Origin: Actinomycetota bacterium
Lineage (GTDB): Bacteria > Actinomycetota > Thermoleophilia > Solirubrobacterales > 70-9
DNA: 64,000 nt
Assembly: GCA_046729615.1 (NCBI GenBank)
Contig: JBKPHA010000029.1
Location: 12,742 to 76,741 of the forward strand
Reading direction: 5' to 3'
Positions 9,380 through 17,945 of the stretch are shown in pieces. The notes beneath the pieces are model-generated. The model had not been told where the DNA came from. It worked only from the letters and a program-made list of their open reading frames with translations, and did not search any database. Position numbers and translations under genes: made by a program. The first letter of the stretch is position 1; every line of letters begins with the position of its first letter.

Positions 9380-11560
9380 ATGGCGATCGCGAAGATCGAA
9401 CCGCTTCTGACCGCCCGCGCCGTGAGCGGCCCCTTCGACTACCGGCTCCCCGATCGACTCCGCGACGTGGGCGTCGGGTCCGTGCTGCGGATTCCGTTCG
9501 GCCGCCGGCGGGTCGTCGGCGTCGTCGTCGAGGTGGCCGAATCCAGCGATCTGCCCCCCGAGCGGCTGGCGGAGCCGCTCGAGGCGCTCGCAGCGGCCGT
9601 GCCGGAGCTCGTACGGCTGGGCCTGTGGGTGGCGCACCAGTACTGCTCGACTCCGGCCCGCGGCTTGGAGCTCGTGCTGCCGCCGGGCACCGGGCGCGCG
9701 GGCCGCAGACCGCGGCCTCGCGTCGAGCTCTCCGCGAGGTTGACTGCGGCGGGTCGCGACGCGCTCGCCAACGGCGCTCGCCTCGGGCCTGTCCAGCGCG
9801 CCACGCTCAAGGCACTGGCCGACGCGACCGAGCTCACCGCGGCTGAGTTTCGGACGGCCGGGACGGGCGCGCGGTCGCTTCGGCGGCTCGAGGGCCGAGG
9901 GCTCGTCGAGCTGCGCCGGACCGAGCGGGCTCGCCGGCCCGTGATCGTCGGCATCGGCGCGCCCTCCGGGCGGCCCGAGCTCACGGCGGCCCAGTCGGCG
10001 GCGCTCGCGCGGATCACGGAATCGATGAACGCCGACGGCGACGGCGAGCTTCTCCTTCACGGCGTCACCGGCTCGGGCAAGACCGAGGTCTATCTCGCCG
10101 CGGCGGAGGCGGCGCTCGAGCGCGGGCGCGGCGCGATCGTCCTCGTCCCCGAGATCGCTCTCGCCCCGCAGACCGTGTCGCGCTTCGCCGCGCGCTTCGG
10201 CGACCGCGTGGCGCTCCTTCACTCGCGCCTGTCCGGCGGTGAGCGCCGCGACGAGTGGGAACGGCTTCGGGCCGGGGAGGCGAGGGTGTGCGTGGGTCCG
10301 AGATCGGCGGTATTCGCGCCGGTGCGTGACCTGGGCCTCCTCGTCGTCGACGAGGAGCATGACCCCTCCTACAAGCAGGAGGGCGATCCCCGTTACGACG
10401 CCCGCGAGGTGGCGCGATACCGGACCCGGGGGTGCGGCACCATGCTGGTCTGCGGCAGCGCCACACCCAGGCCGGAGAGCTGGGAGCGCATGCCCCGCGT
10501 GGATCTCCCGGAGCGCGCGGACGGCGCGCCGCTGCCGCCCGTGGAGGTCCTCGACATGCGCGCGAGGTCAGGGCGCGAGGGGCCGCTTCACCCACGGACC
10601 ATCGAGTGCCTGCGCGAGGTCCGTTCAGGCGGCGGCAAGGCGATCGTCTTGCTCAACCGCCGCGGGTGGTCACCGCATCTCGAGTGCCGGTCGTGCGGGC
10701 GGGCGTGGGGATGCCCGGAGTGCGACGTCTCGTTGGTCCTCCACAAGCGCGAGGGTCGACTGCGCTGCCACCACTGCGGCCACGCCGAGCGCCTGCCCAC
10801 GTCCTGCCCGGGTTGCGGCTCGGTGACCCTCGCGCGCCACGGCGCCGGAACCGAGCGGGTGGCGGAGATCCTCGCCGAGGCGGTAGACCCGGTGCCGGTC
10901 TTTCGCCTCGACTCCGACAGCGCCGCACCCGCCGGCCGGCACCTGGACATCCTCCGTCGCTTCGATGCCGCCAAGGGCGGCGTTCTCGTCGGGACCCAGA
11001 TGGTCGGCAAGGGCCACGACTTCCCGGACGTCGTCCTGAGCGTCGTGCTGGACGCCGACGCGACACTGCGGTTCCCGGACTTTCGCTCGGAGGAGCGCAC
11101 GTTCGCCCTCGTCGCTCAGCTCGCCGGCCGCAGCGGGCGCGGCCCGCGCGGCGGCCGCGTGCTCGTCCAGACACTCGCGCCGGCCGCGCCCGCGATTCGG
11201 GACGCCGCGGCGCATGACACGCCGGGGTTCCTTGCGGCGGAGCTCGAACGGCGGCGTGCGCTCGGATACCCCCCCTTCTCGCACCTCGTGCGCTTGGAGC
11301 TCACCGCGCGCGACGCGGGGCGCGTCGAGGCCGCCGCGCGCACCGCGCACCGCCGATTGAGTGACGGCCTGCCCCCCGGCGTTGCGCTGCTGGGGCCCGC
11401 TCCACGCTTCCGCTTGCGGGGGCGGCACCGGCGCCAGCTCCTGCTGAAGGCGCCGGAGCGCGAGCCCGCCGTGGCCGCGGTGGGCGTGGCGGTGGACCAG
11501 CTCGCCACGTCAAGGGAGCTTCGCGAGGTCTCGATCAGCGTCGACGTCGATCCCGGGTAG
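9380..11560 (+). CDS. priA: primosomal protein N' (replication restart helicase)
   Basis: Walker A LLHGVTGSGKTEVY, DEEHD box, and Cys-rich zinc region (CRSCGRAWGCPECDVSLVLHKREGRLRCHHCG). Confidence 0.9.
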   Translation: MAIAKIEPLLTARAVSGPFDYRLPDRLRDVGVGSVLRIPFGRRRVVGVVVEVAESSDLPPERLAEPLEALAAAVPELVRLGLWVAHQYCSTPARGLELVLPPGTGRAGRRPRPRVELSARLTAAGRDALANGARLGPVQRATLKALADATELTAAEFRTAGTGARSLRRLEGRGLVELRRTERARRPVIVGIGAPSGRPELTAAQSAALARITESMNADGDGELLLHGVTGSGKTEVYLAAAEAALERGRGAIVLVPEIALAPQTVSRFAARFGDRVALLHSRLSGGERRDEWERLRAGEARVCVGPRSAVFAPVRDLGLLVVDEEHDPSYKQEGDPRYDAREVARYRTRGCGTMLVCGSATPRPESWERMPRVDLPERADGAPLPPVEVLDMRARSGREGPLHPRTIECLREVRSGGGKAIVLLNRRGWSPHLECRSCGRAWGCPECDVSLVLHKREGRLRCHHCGHAERLPTSCPGCGSVTLARHGAGTERVAEILAEAVDPVPVFRLDSDSAAPAGRHLDILRRFDAAKGGVLVGTQMVGKGHDFPDVVLSVVLDADATLRFPDFRSEERTFALVAQLAGRSGRGPRGGRVLVQTLAPAAPAIRDAAAHDTPGFLAAELERRRALGYPPFSHLVRLELTARDAGRVEAAARTAHRRLSDGLPPGVALLGPAPRFRLRGRHRRQLLLKAPEREPAVAAVGVAVDQLATSRELREVSISVDVDPG

Positions 11561-11578
11561 CGGCGTAGACTCGAATCG

Positions 11579-12238
11579 ATGAGCGAATCGACCGACACGA
11601 CCGTCCGCGAGCCCGAGCGGGTCGAACCGGAAGGCCCCGGCGACGAGCGGGCGGAGCGGCTCGCCGAGGAGGCCCTTCGCCGGCGCGCCGCGGCGCTCGA
11701 GCAGATCCGCAAGTTCGGCGACCCGGTTCTGAAATCCCGCGCGTCCGAGATCAGATCCTTCGGCCCCGAGCTCGAGCGCGAGGTCCGGCGGATGATCGCG
11801 ACGATGCGCGACGCTATCGGTGTCGGCCTCGCAGCGACGCAGCTGGGCGTGATGCACCGCCTGCTGGTCTTTGCGGCCGGTCCCGACGCGACGCCAACGG
11901 CGGTCGCGAACCCCACGATCGAGTGGCTGTCCGACGAGGCGGTCGTCGCCGAGGAGGGTTGCCTCAGCCTGCCGCGGGTCGCGGTCGACGTCGAGCGCCC
12001 GCTGTTTGCCCGGGTGAGCGGCGTGGATGTCCGCGGGGAGCCGCTCGAGATCGAGGCCTCCGGCCTCGAGGCGCGCGTGCTCCAGCATGAGATCGACCAC
12101 CTCGACGGCGTGCTGATGCTCGACCGCGCGCCGCGGGACCAGCGCAAGGCGGCGCTGCGGGCGCTGCGTGAGGGCGGGCAGTACAGCCCGAGCGCGGAGG
12201 AGCCCGCCGAGGAGGACGCTCCCGCGCCCGCCAGTTGA
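11579..12238 (+). CDS. def: peptide deformylase (with N- and C-terminal extensions)
   Basis: GVGLAATQLG, EGCLSLP and HEIDHLDG motifs. Confidence 0.9.
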   Translation: MSESTDTTVREPERVEPEGPGDERAERLAEEALRRRAAALEQIRKFGDPVLKSRASEIRSFGPELEREVRRMIATMRDAIGVGLAATQLGVMHRLLVFAAGPDATPTAVANPTIEWLSDEAVVAEEGCLSLPRVAVDVERPLFARVSGVDVRGEPLEIEASGLEARVLQHEIDHLDGVLMLDRAPRDQRKAALRALREGGQYSPSAEEPAEEDAPAPAS

Positions 12239-13149
12239 GGGTCGCGTATCTCGGCACCTCGCCGTTCGCCGTCGCGGTGCTACGCCGCCTGGCAGACTCA
12301 CCGCACCGCCCGGCGCTCGTCGTGACGCCCCCGGATCGGCCGCGCGGCAGGGGCCGCCGCCTCGCTCCTCCCCCGGCCGCGCAGGCGGCAACGGAGCTCG
12401 GTCTGGAGCTCCACCAGACCGACAGCGTCAATCTCGACTCGAGCGTCGAGGCGATCCGCGCCGCAGGTGTGGACCTGGGCGTGGTGTGCGCTTTCGGCCA
12501 GCTCATCAAGGACCCGTTGCTCTCCGAGCTCGAGCTGCTGAACGTCCACCCGTCGCTCCTTCCGCGGTGGCGCGGTGCCGCGCCGATTGAGCGCGCGATC
12601 TTGGCTGGCGATGCCAAGACCGGTGTGTCGATCCTCAGGGTCACGGCGGGCCTCGATTCGGGCCCGGTTGCGCTTCGGCAAGCGGTGGAGATCGCGGCGC
12701 GCGATGACTACGGCGCGCTGTCGGCGCGGCTCGCGGAGCTTGCGGGAGACCTCATCCTGCGCGCGCTCGACCTGCGCGAGGCCGCGAGGCTGGAGTTCAC
12801 CGAGCAGGACGAGTCGGAGGTGACCTACGCGGAGAAGATCTCGCCGCATGAGCGCAGGCTCGAGCCCGCCCGCCCAGCCATCGAGCTCGAGCGCACGGTC
12901 CGCGCGCTCATCCCCCATATCGGCGCCTACCTGGAGCTCGACGTCGGTGAGCGCCTCGGCGTCCGCGCGGCGACCGCCGAAGCGGCCGGGGATCCCGAGC
13001 CGGGAATCCTAGCGGCGGTGGACGGCAGGCTGGTGCTGGGTTGTGCGCGCGGCCGACTGCGGCTGGACGTCGTGCAGCCAGCGGGCAGGAGGCCGATGTC
13101 CGCCGATGCGTACCTGCGCGGCCACCCCGTCCCGTCGCTTGCTCGATGA
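12235..13149 (+). CDS. fmt: methionyl-tRNA formyltransferase
   Basis: Follows def. LNVHPSLLPRWRGAAPI motif. TTG start overlaps the def stop. Confidence 0.9.
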   Translation: MRVAYLGTSPFAVAVLRRLADSPHRPALVVTPPDRPRGRGRRLAPPPAAQAATELGLELHQTDSVNLDSSVEAIRAAGVDLGVVCAFGQLIKDPLLSELELLNVHPSLLPRWRGAAPIERAILAGDAKTGVSILRVTAGLDSGPVALRQAVEIAARDDYGALSARLAELAGDLILRALDLREAARLEFTEQDESEVTYAEKISPHERRLEPARPAIELERTVRALIPHIGAYLELDVGERLGVRAATAEAAGDPEPGILAAVDGRLVLGCARGRLRLDVVQPAGRRPMSADAYLRGHPVPSLAR

Positions 13150-14438
13150 GCCGCGACCACGTCGCGCCCGCCCGGCGCGCCGCCTACGAGGTCCTGCGGC
13201 GGGTCTTCGAGCACGGCGCCTGGGCCGACCGCGCGTTTGCGGCCGCCGCCGAGCGCCATCGCCTCGACGAGCGCGAGCGCAGCCAGGCGCAGCGCCTGGC
13301 TTATGGCGCCGTCCAGCGACGCGGAACCACCGACCGCCTTACCTCGGAGCTCGCGGGCCGGCCCGTGGCCCGGCTGGATCCGCCGGTGCTTGCCGCCCTG
13401 CGACTGGGGCTGTATGAGCTCCTGTTCTCCGATGCGACACCCGCGCATGCGGCGGTGGACCAGGCCGTCGAGTTGGCGAAGGGCGGGGGCGGCAAGCGGC
13501 GCCGCGCCGGCGCGTCGCTGGTGAACGCGGTGCTGCGTCGCGCCGCAGCGGGCGGCGACCTGCTCGCCGAGCTCGACGACTCAACGCCCGAGGGGGCGGC
13601 AACGCGTCATTCGTTTCCGGAGTGGCTCGCGCGGATGTGGTGGTCGGAGCTGGGCCCGGAGGATGCACGTTCCCTGATGGCGGCGCTGAACGAACCCGCC
13701 GAGACGGCGCTCCGGGTCAACACGCTGAAGGCCGACCGCGAGGCGCTCATGACGGAGCTCCGGGGTGGCGGCGACCGGATCGACAGGCACGGCTCCGGGC
13801 TGCTGGGGCCGCCGGAGGCCCTGGTCGTGACCGGGTCGCTGACTGAGCGATTGCGGGCCCGCATCGACGCTGGCGAGCTCGTGCCCCAGGCGCGCGGCTC
13901 GCAGGCGGTTGTCGCGGAGCTCGACCCCCACCCGGGCGAGCGGATCCTCGACCTCTGCTCGGCGCCCGGCATCAAGACGACCGCGATCGCCGCGCGAATG
14001 AGCGACTCGGGAGAGGTGGTCGCGGTCGATCGGGATCCCGGTCGAGCTGCGCAGCTCGGCGCGCTGTGCGCGCGCCTCGGCGTCACATGTGCGCGAGTCA
14101 TCGTCGCGGATGCCACGGAGGACGACCTGGGCGGCGGCTACGATCGCGTCCTCGTGGATCCACCGTGCTCCGATCTCGGGACGCTGGCCTCGCGGCCGGA
14201 CGCTCGCTGGCGCAAGTCGCCCGAGCTGATCGAGCGCCTGTCGGGGTTGCAGGCCAAGATCCTGCACCGGGCGCTGCAGGCCGTGAGGCCGGGCGGAACG
14301 CTCGTCTACTCCGTCTGCACTATCTCGCGGCGCGAGGGCCCAGATCAGGTCGAGTCGCTCCGAGCCCGATCCGTGCAGCTTCGCCCCGATCGCGACCGAA
14401 CCGACGGGTTCTTCATCGCCCGGCTGGAGCGCACCTAG
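13146..14438 (+). CDS. rsmB: 16S rRNA (cytosine967-C5)-methyltransferase (NusB-like N-domain plus SAM methyltransferase)
   Basis: Follows fmt. DLCSAPGIKT, VDPPCSDLGT and YSVCT motifs. Start taken at ATG 13146, overlapping the fmt stop. Confidence 0.85.
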   Translation: MSRDHVAPARRAAYEVLRRVFEHGAWADRAFAAAAERHRLDERERSQAQRLAYGAVQRRGTTDRLTSELAGRPVARLDPPVLAALRLGLYELLFSDATPAHAAVDQAVELAKGGGGKRRRAGASLVNAVLRRAAAGGDLLAELDDSTPEGAATRHSFPEWLARMWWSELGPEDARSLMAALNEPAETALRVNTLKADREALMTELRGGGDRIDRHGSGLLGPPEALVVTGSLTERLRARIDAGELVPQARGSQAVVAELDPHPGERILDLCSAPGIKTTAIAARMSDSGEVVAVDRDPGRAAQLGALCARLGVTCARVIVADATEDDLGGGYDRVLVDPPCSDLGTLASRPDARWRKSPELIERLSGLQAKILHRALQAVRPGGTLVYSVCTISRREGPDQVESLRARSVQLRPDRDRTDGFFIARLERT

Positions 14439-14669
14439 ATGGCGACCGGGGACGCCACGCTCAAGCGGCCCGCATGCCCCGGCTGTGGTGAGCCGTGGCT
14501 TCGGCCCACTCAGCTTCCTGGCCGCTACCGCTGCGTCTACTGCCTGCGGCGCTACGAGCTCGTCTCGCAGTGCCCGAACTGCGGCGAGCATCAGACGATC
14601 GTCCGCATGAGCACCTCCGAGGACCTGCTCTGCCAGCATTGCGGCCACTCGATGCTGCGCCCCGTTTAG
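14439..14669 (+). CDS. small double zinc-ribbon protein (four CxxC pairs), function unknown
   Basis: 76 aa with CPGC, CVYC, CPNC and CQHC. ATG directly abuts the rsmB TAG (TAGATG). Confidence 0.5.
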   Translation: MATGDATLKRPACPGCGEPWLRPTQLPGRYRCVYCLRRYELVSQCPNCGEHQTIVRMSTSEDLLCQHCGHSMLRPV

Positions 14670-14861
14670 GTGGTACCTCCGCCGACGCTGCACCGCAAAC
14701 GGCGGTCCCAGGCGCCGTCATGCTGCGCGGCGCCTACGGCGCCGACGGCATCCCTGCCTGGTCGCTCGCGTGGGATCATGCACGCCACGCTCCCTGCGTC
14801 GTTGCCTGACGGCGCCTGTGCCTCGCCGTTTACGGCACACCGTCACCGGAGGCACCACTAG
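14667..14861 (+). repeat. structured intercistronic repeat, copy B (best-preserved archetype)
   Basis: Fills the whole junction between the zinc-ribbon gene stop and the rpe ATG. TIRs at 14667-14687 / 14841-14861. Helices at 14697-14704/14824-14831 and 14709-14720/14807-14818. Hairpins at 14729-14743 and 14768-14785. Collinear with the reverse complement of 32969-33163. Confidence 0.85.
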
Positions 14862-15542
14862 ATGGCCGCACGGGACCTGTTCGCCCGGCATCAGGTCGTG
14901 CCGTCGATCCTGTCCGGGGACTTCGCCCGGCTCGGTGCTCAGGTCGCCGAGGTCATGACCGCCGGGGCCCGCGTCATCCACGTCGACGTGATGGACGGCC
15001 ATTTCGTCCCGCCGATAACGATGGGCCCTCTGATCGCGGCGTCGATCGCGGACCAGGTGCACGGCGCCGGCGGCGGCATCGACGTTCACCTGATGATCGA
15101 GCGTCCCGCCGAGCACGTGGCGGAGTTCGTCAAAGCCGGGGCGGACTGCATCACCGCGCATTTCGAGGCCGACCCGAACATCCACCGCACGCTCGGCGCC
15201 ATCCGCGACGCAGGCTGCCTGGCCGGCGTCGCGATCAATCCCGGGACGCCGGCCGCCGCCGTCCGCGAGCTGGATGGGCACGCGGACATCGTGCTCTGCA
15301 TGACGGTCAACCCCGGGTGGGGCGGCCAGTCATTCATCCCGTCGTCCCCGGGCAAGGTCCGGCGAATCCGCGACGCCGCGCCTTCGGCCGTGATCGAGGT
15401 GGACGGGGGGATTGACGCCGACACGGTGGGCAGCATTGCCGAGGCCGGCGCGACGCTGTTTGTCGCGGGCTCAGCCGTGTTCGGGACTCCCGACCCGGGC
15501 GAGGCATTCCGTCGCATCGCGGCGGCCGCTGCCCCGGGGTAG
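14862..15542 (+). CDS. rpe: ribulose-phosphate 3-epimerase
   Basis: PSILSGDF, HVDVMDGHFVP, MTVNPGWGGQ and VDGGI motifs. Confidence 0.9.
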   Translation: MAARDLFARHQVVPSILSGDFARLGAQVAEVMTAGARVIHVDVMDGHFVPPITMGPLIAASIADQVHGAGGGIDVHLMIERPAEHVAEFVKAGADCITAHFEADPNIHRTLGAIRDAGCLAGVAINPGTPAAAVRELDGHADIVLCMTVNPGWGGQSFIPSSPGKVRRIRDAAPSAVIEVDGGIDADTVGSIAEAGATLFVAGSAVFGTPDPGEAFRRIAAAAAPG

Positions 15543-15570
15543 GCCGGACCGTGCCGGACCGGGAAGATCG

Positions 15571-16481
15571 CTCGGCTACTCGTTCCTCTGGACGCTGGAC
15601 ACGATCGCGACGATCGGGTCGGTCGGGATGCCCCGGGACACCGTCGCGCGCATCCTGGTCGTGTTCCTGATCATCTTCGGCGTCGGTACGCTCTTCTACG
15701 CGCTCGTCACGGTCACGGAGTTCCTCGTCGCGGGCCGGCTCAGCGGGCTCCTGGCTGACCGGCGCATGCAGCGGATGATCGACTCGCTCTCCGACCATGA
15801 CTCATCTGCGGCTTCGGCCCGCGTAGGTCGCCAGGTGGCCCGCGACCTGCGGGTGACGGGCCAGCCATTCGTCGTCGTCGACGACAACCCCGACAACCGC
15901 GAGATCGCGGAGGAGATGGACGCCCCCTTCCGGGAGGGACCCCCACGGAGGACGCCGTGCTGCGGCAGGCCGGGATCGGGCGGGCAAGGTCGGTGCTCGC
16001 CTGCAAGGACTCCGACGCCGAGAACATCTTCGCGACGCTCACCGCGCGCGAGCTCCGCCCCGACATCACGATCGTCGCTCGCGCCAGCGTCGAGGACTCG
16101 GAGAAAAAGCTCAAGCGTGCCAGCGCGGATCGGGTGATCTCGCCGTACAAGGCGAGCGGCGCCGAGATGGCACGTTTGGCGCTCCATCCGCAGGTCGCGG
16201 GGGTCGTCGATGTCGTGCCGGAGTACCGGATGGAGGAGATCGAGGTGATGAGCGGCTGCGCCGGCGCCGGTAAGCGCATCCGCGACCTCCGCGGCACGAC
16301 GGCGATCGTCGCGCTGCGACGCAGCGACGGCACCATCGAGCCGCAGCCCGCGGGCGAGCGCGAGCTCGAGCCGGGCGACGTCCTCGTCGCGATGGGCACG
16401 CGTGAGGCGATGGACCGCCTGGAGGAGACCTTCCAGAGCCGGGCGGCCCGCTCCACCGACGTGCGCCGGCTGAGGCCCTAA
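15571..16481 (+). pseudogene. decayed RCK/TrkA-domain potassium channel gene (N-terminally truncated, frameshifted)
   Basis: Frame 1 reads a pore-like segment (TLDTIATIGSVGMP), one TM helix and an RCK N-lobe. LICGFG of the GxGxxG motif is only readable in another frame at 15801-15818. The frame changes again near 15936-15941 into ORF 15957..16481 (RCK C-lobe). There is no M1 helix and no start codon upstream of the pore segment. Confidence 0.6.
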
Positions 16482-17857
16482 CTCGCCTCGTCGGCGGCGG
16501 CCAGTCGCGCCTCGATCTCCTCCGGCGACCCGGGGGTGACCAGGTCCTCCGGCCGCGCGACCCGCGGCGGGTGGCGGTAGAGCACGTAGAGCAGCGCGCA
16601 GAGAAGGGCGGCGGCGCCGGTGAACCCGACCTCGACCCGACGGAACTCACCGAGGACGGGGACGAGGTTCCACGCCACGAAGCCGGCGGCGCACATCACC
16701 CAGCGGGCAGCCGCCGCGCGCACCTGGCCCTGCGCGAGGGCGGCCTGGTTCAGCGTGCCGGACGCCAGGTAGAAGCCCATGCCCGCGGTCACGATCAGAA
16801 GGCCGGCCCGGTCGTAGGTGAACTTCTTGCCGAAGGCGAGCTGCATCAGGTCCGGTCCTGCGACCGCGACGACCAGCGCGACCAGCGCGGCGAACGCGGC
16901 GATCGCGGCGAGCGTCATGCGCACAGACGCCCGGAAGGCTCCGGCGTCGCCAGCCGCACCGCTGGCCCGAAGGCGCGTCAGGTGCGGCAGGAGGCTGGTC
17001 GCCACCGCTTGGAACAGAACCAGCGGAGCGCGAGCGATCATCAGCACGTTGAAGATGAATCCGGCAGCAGCCGCCCCTTCCAGCCCGCGAACGATGAGCG
17101 GCCCCGCGTTCAGAAGGCTCTGCTCGCTGGTCATGATCAGGAGCACGGCGGCCGCGAAGCCGCCCCCGTGCGCCAGCGTGAACTGCGTGCCCTCCGTCTG
17201 CGGCTGGAGCGCCCCCGCGCCCCGCCGGCTCACCGCGCGCCCGGCGAACGCCAGCGGGACGACCGTCAGGCTGAGCACCGGCGCCGCGACGATGCCGAGC
17301 GCCACTGCCGTCTGGCCGCTCGCGATCCCCACCGCGACTGCGAGCGAGAACGACATCCGCGCCGTCGATTCGGCCAGAAGCAGCGCCCCGTAGAGGACGA
17401 ACCGCCTGCTGCCCGCGAGAAAGCCGCGCGCGAAGAAGCTCGCGCCGAAGGCCAGCACCGCGGCGACACAGATCCAGTAGAGGGTGGAATTTCCGGAGAG
17501 GAGGTCGTCCTGGAGCGGCCCCCGGAGAGCCAGCGCCGCAGCGGCGAATGTGGCCGCGAGTCCGAGCTGGATCATCGCGGCGACGCGCAGCGCATCCGCG
17601 ATCGGCTCCCCCCGGGCCTGGCGGGCGGCGATCGTCCGCGACAGCAGCTGCTCGACGGGCCGGAAGAGGATCGAGATCGTGACGAACACGGCCGACCACA
17701 ACACGACGACCTCGCCGTAGGCGGTCCGGTCGAGGTTGTGCGAGGCGAGCGAGAAGTAGACGTAGGTGAGAAGGCCGGCGGAGCCGACCCCGACAGACAG
17801 CATCGCGGCCGAGCGCCCGAACCGCCTCGTCTCCGCCGCTTCTGCCTGCCGCGCCAT
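16478..17857 (-). CDS. polysaccharide/oligosaccharide flippase-type membrane protein (MOP/Wzx-like)
   Basis: About 12 or more hydrophobic helices across 460 aa. Start placed at MARQAEAAE (ATG 17857), because the upstream part of the ORF-track model is Arg/Pro junk. Confidence 0.6.
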   Translation of the reverse strand: MARQAEAAETRRFGRSAAMLSVGVGSAGLLTYVYFSLASHNLDRTAYGEVVVLWSAVFVTISILFRPVEQLLSRTIAARQARGEPIADALRVAAMIQLGLAATFAAAALALRGPLQDDLLSGNSTLYWICVAAVLAFGASFFARGFLAGSRRFVLYGALLLAESTARMSFSLAVAVGIASGQTAVALGIVAAPVLSLTVVPLAFAGRAVSRRGAGALQPQTEGTQFTLAHGGGFAAAVLLIMTSEQSLLNAGPLIVRGLEGAAAAGFIFNVLMIARAPLVLFQAVATSLLPHLTRLRASGAAGDAGAFRASVRMTLAAIAAFAALVALVVAVAGPDLMQLAFGKKFTYDRAGLLIVTAGMGFYLASGTLNQAALAQGQVRAAAARWVMCAAGFVAWNLVPVLGEFRRVEVGFTGAAALLCALLYVLYRHPPRVARPEDLVTPGSPEEIEARLAAADEAS

Positions 17858-17915
17858 GCGCGGGGACCGTAACCCTCGCGCGGCGGGACGGTACGTCCAC
17901 GCGGCGTATGATTGG

Positions 17916-17931
17916 TTGACTGACCAGTCAA
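17916..17931. promoter_or_regulatory. perfect 7-2-7 palindrome TTGACTG-AC-CAGTCAA in the flippase/ribD divergent spacer (candidate operator)
   Basis: Seen directly. Lies 15 nt upstream of the ribD GTG in an 88-nt divergent intergenic region. Confidence 0.35.
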
Positions 17932-17945
17932 TCGGGAACGTCAAC

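Noticed and set aside
14670-14861. 63-aa ORF exactly spanning repeat copy B, its counterpart in ORF 32969..33400 (minus strand), and a 77-aa ORF at 3674-3907 in copy A.
   Set aside because: Copies B and C share a frame, but copy A is open in a different frame across the same conserved nucleotides. Substitutions follow base-pairing rather than codon position. I treat the element as non-coding. Whether the bridging ORFs are translated is raised in the findings.
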